From positions 9,715 through 73,714 of the forward strand of contig JAZLHJ010000055.1 of the NCBI GenBank assembly GCA_045616785.1: DNA of 64,000 nt. The letters run 5' to 3'. The notes beneath the pieces are model-generated. The model was not told where the DNA came from. It did not search any database and saw only the letters and a list, made by a program, of their open reading frames with translations. Below, piece by piece: positions 58,098 through 64,000 of this stretch. This stretch comes from Lachnospiraceae bacterium (lineage in GTDB: Bacteria; Bacillota; Clostridia; Lachnospirales; Lachnospiraceae). The position numbers were made by a program, and so were the translations under genes. The stretch's first letter is position 1, and each line of letters starts with the position of its first letter.

Positions 58098-59087
58098 ATG
58101 AAGTGGGTCAGATTTAAATTAAAAACATTAACGGATGCAGAAGATATAGTAATTTCTTCGATGTACGATATCGGACTTCTCGGCGCGCAGATAGAAGATA
58201 ATGTTCCGCTTACCTCTCTTGAAAAGGAGCAGATGTTTGTTGACATTCCTCTTGAGAGCGGAGAAGATGACGGAACTGCTTTCCTTAGTTTCTTCGTTGA
58301 AGAAGATGAGGACGGACTCCTTACTCTTTCTGATGAAAAGGTGACGAAGGAGGAAGTTGAGAGAAGAATAAAAGAAGAGATGAAGTCTCTTTCTGAATTT
58401 ATGGAGGTTGGCGAAGGTTCGATTGCCATAAGCGAAACAGAAGACCTTGACTGGATTAATAACTGGAAGAAATATTTCCATCAGTTCTATATCGACGATC
58501 TTCTTGTAATTCCTTCATGGGAAGAGGTAAAGCCTGAGGATAGGGGTAAGAAGATTCTTCATATCGACCCGGGTACTGCTTTCGGAACGGGAATGCATGA
58601 GACGACGCAGCTTTGTGTAAGACAGATTTGGAAGTATATGAACGGTGACACAAACCTTCTTGATATCGGAACAGGAAGCGGTATTCTTGCCATTGTTGCA
58701 CTTATGTACGGAATTAAGCATGCCGTAGGAACGGACCTTGACCCATGTGCAATTACTGCCTGCGGCGAGAATATGGAAGTGAACGGAATCGGCAGTGATA
58801 AATTCGAAGTCATGATTGGAAATCTTATCTCTGACAGTGAAGTGCAGGATAGAGTCGGCAGGGAGAAATATGACATTGTTGTCGCAAATATTCTTCCCGA
58901 TGTTCTTGTTCCCCTTATGCCTGCTGCAAAAGCGTGCCTCAAAAAGGGCGGAGTATATATTACCTCCGGTATTATCGAGGGAAAAGAGAACCTTGTTGCG
59001 GATACAATGCGCTCTGCAGGACTTGTTGTTGATGAAATAACCTCTCAGGGAGAGTGGAGATGTGTAACCGGACATCTTCCCGAATAA
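58098..59087 (+). CDS. prmA: Ribosomal protein L11 methyltransferase
   Basis: 329 aa. SAM motif LLDIGTGSGILA and the PrmA N-terminal domain. Canonical position after dnaJ. Confidence 0.92.
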   Translation: MKWVRFKLKTLTDAEDIVISSMYDIGLLGAQIEDNVPLTSLEKEQMFVDIPLESGEDDGTAFLSFFVEEDEDGLLTLSDEKVTKEEVERRIKEEMKSLSEFMEVGEGSIAISETEDLDWINNWKKYFHQFYIDDLLVIPSWEEVKPEDRGKKILHIDPGTAFGTGMHETTQLCVRQIWKYMNGDTNLLDIGTGSGILAIVALMYGIKHAVGTDLDPCAITACGENMEVNGIGSDKFEVMIGNLISDSEVQDRVGREKYDIVVANILPDVLVPLMPAAKACLKKGGVYITSGIIEGKENLVADTMRSAGLVVDEITSQGEWRCVTGHLPE

Positions 59088-59090
59088 ATT

Positions 59091-59837
59091 ATGTATCAGT
59101 TTTTCGTAGACAGAAGTGAAATTGACGAAAAGAATAACAGAGTAATACTTTGCGGCGAAAATTACAATCATCTGATAAATGTTCTCAGGATTACAAAGGA
59201 TGAGGAATTTGCGGTAAGCAACGGAGAAGATATGCGTGAGTACAGATGCAGTCTTTTATCGGCGGATGGTGACGTTGCTGTCTGCGAGATAAGATTCATC
59301 AAGGAAAGCGATATTGAGCTTCCTGTTAAAGTTCACCTGTATCAGGGAATCCCAAAAGGCGATAAGATGGAGCTTATCATTCAGAAAATGGTTGAGCTCG
59401 GAGTGTATGATATTACGCCCGTTGCCATGTCGCGCTGTATCGCAAAGCTTGATGATAAGAAAGAGAAGAATAAAATAAGCAGATGGAATGCCATATCCGA
59501 AGCTGCTGCAAAACAGAGCAAGAGAAAAATCATTCCCACTGTAAGAAATCCTCTTTCCTTCAAAGAAGCAATAAGGGAAGCATCTTCAAGTACCGTAAGA
59601 TTGATTCCGTATGAACTGTCTGAAGGAATGGACAGGACAAGAAGTATTCTGAAAAGCTTAAAAAACGAAGATGAGATTTCTTTTTTTATAGGACCGGAAG
59701 GCGGAATATCGGAGGAAGAAATCGAATATGCAAGGGCCGCAGGATTCGAACCGGTTACTCTCGGCAAAAGAATACTCCGGACTGAAACAGCCGGACTTAC
59801 TTTGATGGCTTTTATAATGTACGAAACAGAAGGTTGA
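59091..59837 (+). CDS. rsmE: 16S rRNA (uracil1498-N3)-methyltransferase
   Basis: 248 aa. PUA-like N-domain and SPOUT C-domain (IGPEGGISEEEI..LGKRILRTETA). Confidence 0.92.
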   Translation: MYQFFVDRSEIDEKNNRVILCGENYNHLINVLRITKDEEFAVSNGEDMREYRCSLLSADGDVAVCEIRFIKESDIELPVKVHLYQGIPKGDKMELIIQKMVELGVYDITPVAMSRCIAKLDDKKEKNKISRWNAISEAAAKQSKRKIIPTVRNPLSFKEAIREASSSTVRLIPYELSEGMDRTRSILKSLKNEDEISFFIGPEGGISEEEIEYARAAGFEPVTLGKRILRTETAGLTLMAFIMYETEG

Positions 59838-59840
59838 GAA

Positions 59841-60995
59841 ATGGAATGCTATTTTGACAATTCGGCCACAACGCGCTGCTACCCCGAAGCGGCAGAGCTT
59901 ATGATGAAGGTGTACACAGAGGATTACGGCAATCCTTCGAGCCTTCATATAAAAGGTGTTGAGGCAGAGAAATATATAAGATATGCGAAGAGCGAAATTG
60001 CGCGCTCGCTTAAGTGTGAGGAACGTGAAATCCTGTTTACCTCCGGCGGAACCGAATCTGATAACCTTGCGCTTATCGGAACAGCCATGGCGAAGAAAAG
60101 AACGGGAAATCACATCATTACAACAATGGTTGAACATCCTGCGATTCTTGAGACTTGTGCTTACCTTGAGAAACAAGGATTCAGAATAACTTATCTGCAT
60201 GTAAATGACAAGGGTGTCATAAATCTTGATGAACTCAGGAAAGAAATGACAGGCGATACAATTCTTGTATCAATCATGCATACCAATAATGAAATAGGAT
60301 CCGTTATGCCGATTAAGGAAGCATCGGAAATAGTAAAGGGAATTAATCAGGATGCTGTTTTCCATGTTGATGCTGTTCAGGGGTACGGGAAAGCACCGAT
60401 TTATCCGAGGAGAATGGGCATTGACCTTCTTTCCGTAAGCGGTCATAAAATACACGGACCCAAAGGAATCGGATTCTTATATATTTCGGACAAGGTAAGG
60501 TTACTTCCGATAATATACGGAGGCGGGCAGCAGGGCGGAATGAGATCGGGAACCGAAAATGTTCCCGCAATAGCAGGTCTTGGAAAAGCAGTCGAAATGT
60601 GCTTTACGGATTTTGAAGATAAGATTTCGTATCTCAGGTCACTTAGGAGCTATTTCCTCGAAAGATGCTCCGAACTTGAGAACGTTCATGTGAACGGGCC
60701 CGGTGAAAATGAGGGTGCACCGCATGTTGTAAGTCTGTCGGTGCCGGGAATAAGGGCTGAGGTTCTTCTCCATACACTTGAGAACGAAGGAATATATGTT
60801 TCGTCGGGATCTGCCTGCGCTTCCAACAAGCCTTCGGTATCGGTAACGCTTAAGGGAATTCAGGTACCGAGAGAATACCTTGATTCGACTGTTCGTTTCA
60901 GCTTTTCTTTTCTTAATACGAGAGAAGAAATAGATTATGCTTTCGAAGTGCTGGGGAGAGTTCTTCCGTCACTTAGAAAATACACAAGAGGATAG
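59841..60995 (+). CDS. Cysteine desulfurase (NifS/IscS class, NifZ-like partner of ThiI)
   Basis: 384 aa. PLP-lysine context SGHKIHGPKGIG and active-site Cys in SSGSACAS. Immediately upstream of thiI, as with B. subtilis nifZ. Confidence 0.9.
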   Translation: MECYFDNSATTRCYPEAAELMMKVYTEDYGNPSSLHIKGVEAEKYIRYAKSEIARSLKCEEREILFTSGGTESDNLALIGTAMAKKRTGNHIITTMVEHPAILETCAYLEKQGFRITYLHVNDKGVINLDELRKEMTGDTILVSIMHTNNEIGSVMPIKEASEIVKGINQDAVFHVDAVQGYGKAPIYPRRMGIDLLSVSGHKIHGPKGIGFLYISDKVRLLPIIYGGGQQGGMRSGTENVPAIAGLGKAVEMCFTDFEDKISYLRSLRSYFLERCSELENVHVNGPGENEGAPHVVSLSVPGIRAEVLLHTLENEGIYVSSGSACASNKPSVSVTLKGIQVPREYLDSTVRFSFSFLNTREEIDYAFEVLGRVLPSLRKYTRG

Positions 60996-61000
60996 AAATC

Positions 61001-62182
61001 ATGTTTAATACTTTTCTTATAAAATATGCGGAAATCGGAATAAAGGGCAAGAACAGATACCTTTTCGAGGATGCACTTGTTTCAAGGATAAGGGAAACCT
61101 TAAAAAGAATAGACGGTAAGTTTGATGTATATAAAAACGTCGGAAGAATTTATGTCGATGCAAAATCCGATTTCGATTATGACGAGCTTATAGGTGAACT
61201 TGGTACTGTATTCGGAATATCAGGAATATGTCCTGCTGTTTATTATGAGGATGAAGGCTTTGAAAAGCTTTCAAGGGATATAGTTTCTTTTATGGACAGA
61301 GTATATCCCGATAAGAATAAGACATTTAAGGTATTTGCAAGAAGAGCAAGAAAGAATTATCCGATGGAATCACCGGAAATTGTTGCAAAGCTCGGTGCTG
61401 CCATTCTTGAAGCTTTTCCGGAATTTAAGGTTGATGTTCATCATCCCGAGATTGAACTTAACGTGGAAATCCGTGAGAAAATCTGTGTATATTCCGAGAT
61501 TATTCCGGGACCGGGAGGAATGCCGCTCGGAACAAACGGAAAGGCCATGCTTCTTCTCTCGGGAGGAATCGATTCACCTGTTGCGGGTTATATGATATCC
61601 AAAAGAGGAGTCGGAATCGATGCAACCTATTTCCATGCACCTCCGTATACCTCCGAAAGAGCAAAACAGAAGGTTGTCGACCTTGCAAGGATTATTAGTC
61701 GCTATACAGGACCGATTACACTGAATGTAATTAATTTCACGGATATTCAGCTCCATATCTATGACCGTTGTCCGCATGATGAACTTACGATTATTATGAG
61801 AAGATACATGATGATGATTGCCGAGAAGATAGCAAGAGAAAGCGACTGTCTCGGACTTATTACCGGCGAGAGTATCGGTCAGGTCGCTTCACAGACAATG
61901 CATTCGCTTGCATGTACGGATGACGCGTCAAGCCTTGCAGTATACAGACCGCTTATCGGATTTGATAAAAATGACATTGTTGCCATATCCGAGAAAATCG
62001 GATCGTATGAGACTTCTATTCTTCCTTTTGAAGACTGCTGCACAATATTTGTGGCAAAGCACCCGGTAACGAAGCCGATTCTTAAAGTAATTAAGGACCA
62101 TGAGAAGAGCCTGTTTCCTGAAATTGACGACATGGTAGACAAAGCCATCCGTGAAAGGGAAGTAATTCACGTAAAGTATTAG
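61001..62182 (+). CDS. thiI: tRNA 4-thiouridine synthase ThiI
   Basis: 393 aa. THUMP N-region and PP-loop LLLSGGIDSPVA. Confidence 0.93.
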   Translation: MFNTFLIKYAEIGIKGKNRYLFEDALVSRIRETLKRIDGKFDVYKNVGRIYVDAKSDFDYDELIGELGTVFGISGICPAVYYEDEGFEKLSRDIVSFMDRVYPDKNKTFKVFARRARKNYPMESPEIVAKLGAAILEAFPEFKVDVHHPEIELNVEIREKICVYSEIIPGPGGMPLGTNGKAMLLLSGGIDSPVAGYMISKRGVGIDATYFHAPPYTSERAKQKVVDLARIISRYTGPITLNVINFTDIQLHIYDRCPHDELTIIMRRYMMMIAEKIARESDCLGLITGESIGQVASQTMHSLACTDDASSLAVYRPLIGFDKNDIVAISEKIGSYETSILPFEDCCTIFVAKHPVTKPILKVIKDHEKSLFPEIDDMVDKAIREREVIHVKY

Positions 62183-62195
62183 TCGTGAATAAAAA

Positions 62196-62226
62196 AAGCA
62201 GAGCCCGAAAGGCTCTGCTTTAAAAA
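62196..62226. terminator. Bidirectional intrinsic terminator between thiI and the minus-strand HPr-like gene
   Basis: Stem AGCAGAGCC / GGCTCTGCT with loop CGAAA, flanked by an A-run upstream and a T/A-run downstream. Confidence 0.85.
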
Positions 62227-62240
62227 TCTTCGAAAATGAT

Positions 62241-62471
62241 TTAAACTGTGTAATCCTTAAGGATTGCAAGAACATCATCAACATTTTCCTCAGCATGGAT
62301 GTTAAGGTCGATGGGCTTTGAAAGATCCAGTGAGAAGATACCCATAATGGATTTTGCATCGATAACATATCTGCCGGAAACTAAATCGAAATCATAATCA
62401 AATTTGGTGATTTCGTTTACGAATGATTTTACTTTGTCAATTGAATTTAAAGAAATCTTAACTGTTTTCAT
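62241..62471 (-). CDS. Divergent HPr-fold protein lacking the His15 loop
   Basis: The track ORF extends to 62501, but GGGAGG precedes the in-frame ATG at 62471 (MKTVKISLNS), giving 76 aa. DAKSIMGIFSLDL resembles the Ser46 region of HPr. The His15 loop is replaced by LNSIDKVKSF. Confidence 0.7.
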   Translation of the reverse strand: MKTVKISLNSIDKVKSFVNEITKFDYDFDLVSGRYVIDAKSIMGIFSLDLSKPIDLNIHAEENVDDVLAILKDYTV

Positions 62472-62567
62472 TTTGTTTTCCTCCCTTTCTTTACTACACA
62501 CTCATCTTAAGGTTTGGAAGGGGAAAAGTCAACATTAAATTATTAACGTAAATAACAGGAGAAACCG

Positions 62568-63923
62568 ATGAAAAGTGTAGCTTTTCACAACCTTGGATGT
62601 AAGGTTAATACTTATGAGATGGATGTTATGCTCGGAAATCTCGAAAAAGCGGGCTATAAGCTTGTTGATTTTGAACAAAAAGCTGACATATATATCATAA
62701 ATACATGCACCGTAACGAATATTGCCGACAGAAAAAGCAGGCAGATTCTGCACAGAGCAAGGAAAGAGAATCCTGACGGTGTGGTCGTTGCGGTCGGCTG
62801 TTATGTGCAGAACGGACTTGACGATCCGTCAAAGGATGATGCTGTCGATATAGTAATAGGCAATAACCGCAAGAATGAAATTGTCCGAATAATCGAAGAG
62901 TATTTGAGGGACCGTAAGGTAAGTGATAATGTTGCTGACATTGCGCATGAAGAGCGGTTCGAGGATATGACTCTTATATCTACTGCGGAGCATACAAGGG
63001 CTTTCATCAAAATTGAAGACGGCTGTAACCAGTTCTGCAGCTACTGCGCCATTCCTCTTGCAAGGGGCCGCGTAAGAAGCAGGGACGCCGAGAAAATCAT
63101 AGAAGAAGTCAGGGGAATTTCCGAGAAAGGATATCGCGAGGTTGTGCTTACCGGAATTCACGTAAGCTCTTACGGACTTGATTTCCTTGGGCTTAAAAGC
63201 GCAGATTATGAAGATGCATGCAGGGCCGGCTTCCTTCTTAACCTTATAGACAGAATTGCAGAAATTCCGGGAATTGCAAGAATAAGACTCGGTTCTCTTG
63301 AACCGAGGATTGTGGATACGGAATTCGCAAGAAGACTTGCCGCAAATCCCAAGGTATGTCCGCACTTTCATCTGTCTCTCCAGAGCGGCTGCGACGAGAC
63401 ATTAAGGAGGATGAACCGCCACTATGATACAAACAGGTTTGAAGAGGGAACAAAAGCTCTTCGCGAGGCTTTCGGAGGGAAGGTTGCAATAACGACTGAC
63501 GTGATTGTCGGTTTCCCCGGAGAGGATGAACGTGAATTTGAAGAAAGCTTCTCTTTTCTTGAGAAAATCGGATTCTATGAAATGCATATCTTCCGCTATT
63601 CGAGACGGAAGAATACGCCTGCCGACAAAATGAAGAATCAGGTCAGGGAAGAAGACAAGGCACTTAGAAGTGACAGGGCGATTGAGCTGTCGGAACGCTT
63701 TTCAAAAGAGTACAGGGCACGCTATATCGGAAATGAAATGGAGCTTCTTCTTGAAGAAGAAATCACAGTGGGCGATAGGAAATATTTTGTCGGACATACA
63801 ATGGATTACGTAATGGGAGCAGTGGACGGACAAGGCTTCAAAGCGGGGGATATTGTAAAGGGACGAGCTGTGTCTTTCCTAAGAGATGACCTTCTTTCGG
63901 TTGAAAACGCTTCTTATATTTGA
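62568..63923 (+). CDS. mtaB: Radical-SAM methylthiotransferase, MtaB (YqeV) type
   Basis: 451 aa. UPF0004 N-domain (FHNLGCKVNTYE), radical SAM CNQFCSYCAIP and a C-terminal TRAM-like domain. Confidence 0.85.
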   Translation: MKSVAFHNLGCKVNTYEMDVMLGNLEKAGYKLVDFEQKADIYIINTCTVTNIADRKSRQILHRARKENPDGVVVAVGCYVQNGLDDPSKDDAVDIVIGNNRKNEIVRIIEEYLRDRKVSDNVADIAHEERFEDMTLISTAEHTRAFIKIEDGCNQFCSYCAIPLARGRVRSRDAEKIIEEVRGISEKGYREVVLTGIHVSSYGLDFLGLKSADYEDACRAGFLLNLIDRIAEIPGIARIRLGSLEPRIVDTEFARRLAANPKVCPHFHLSLQSGCDETLRRMNRHYDTNRFEEGTKALREAFGGKVAITTDVIVGFPGEDEREFEESFSFLEKIGFYEMHIFRYSRRKNTPADKMKNQVREEDKALRSDRAIELSERFSKEYRARYIGNEMELLLEEEITVGDRKYFVGHTMDYVMGAVDGQGFKAGDIVKGRAVSFLRDDLLSVENASYI

Positions 63924-63972
63924 TAATATTAACGATAGGTATGCCCAAGGTGGCAAACTTTTGGAGGGTTAT

Positions 63973-64000
63973 ATGGCAGATTTAACAAACACACAATTTT
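63973..64000 (+). CDS. Start of an unidentified gene (truncated by the window end)
   Basis: GGAGGG (63963-63968) is followed by ATG 63973 (MADLTNTQF..). Only 9 codons are visible. Confidence 0.3.

Overview
This is a 64-kb chromosomal segment from a low-GC Gram-positive bacterium. Gene content and remembered protein similarities suggest a Lachnospiraceae-like gut or rumen fibre degrader among the Clostridia, but that assignment is inference only. I call about 58 protein genes, all but two on the + strand. I recognised no rRNA, tRNA, CRISPR array, transposase or integrase.

Layout:
(i) 1-11.6 kb is housekeeping: ftsH, uvrC, hprK-glcK-murB-rapZ-whiA plus a His-less Crh-like HPr, a lipid kinase, and a cyclophilin on the minus strand.
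(ii) 12.3-21.7 kb is a tightly packed six-gene unit between one promoter-like element and one strong terminator. It encodes a secreted S1 protease fused through a TM helix to a cytoplasmic FHA domain, an asymmetric heterodimeric ABC exporter, an orphan hybrid histidine kinase, a MurT-like ligase, and a GatD-like subunit that appears to lack its catalytic Cys and His.
(iii) 21.8-51.1 kb is a beta-mannan/galactomannan utilisation locus. It contains a GH2-like relic, GH36, mannobiose/cellobiose 2-epimerase, two GH130 phosphorylases, two SGNH esterases, a GH26-CBM35 lipoprotein, a LacI regulator and manA. Embedded in it is a roughly 17-kb operon with two ABC permease pairs, a 997-aa CBM-bearing solute-binding protein, a second SBP, a lipoprotein with three 128-130-aa tandem repeats, two DUF624 proteins, and an uncharacterised trio (NHL propeller, Yip1-like membrane protein, 860-aa anchored DUF5696-like protein).
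(iv) 51.2-64 kb is housekeeping: an aminotransferase, an Ala/Lys-rich small protein, the CIRCE-controlled hrcA-grpE-dnaK-dnaJ operon, prmA, rsmE, a cysteine desulfurase with thiI, a second His15-less HPr-like gene on the minus strand, and mtaB.

The best candidates for undescribed biology are the NHL/Yip1/DUF5696-like trio with the giant SBP, the triple-repeat lipoprotein, and the protease-FHA / ABC / hybrid-kinase / MurT / pseudo-GatD unit. All family assignments come from motifs read in the translations and remembered reference sequences. No database search was run.
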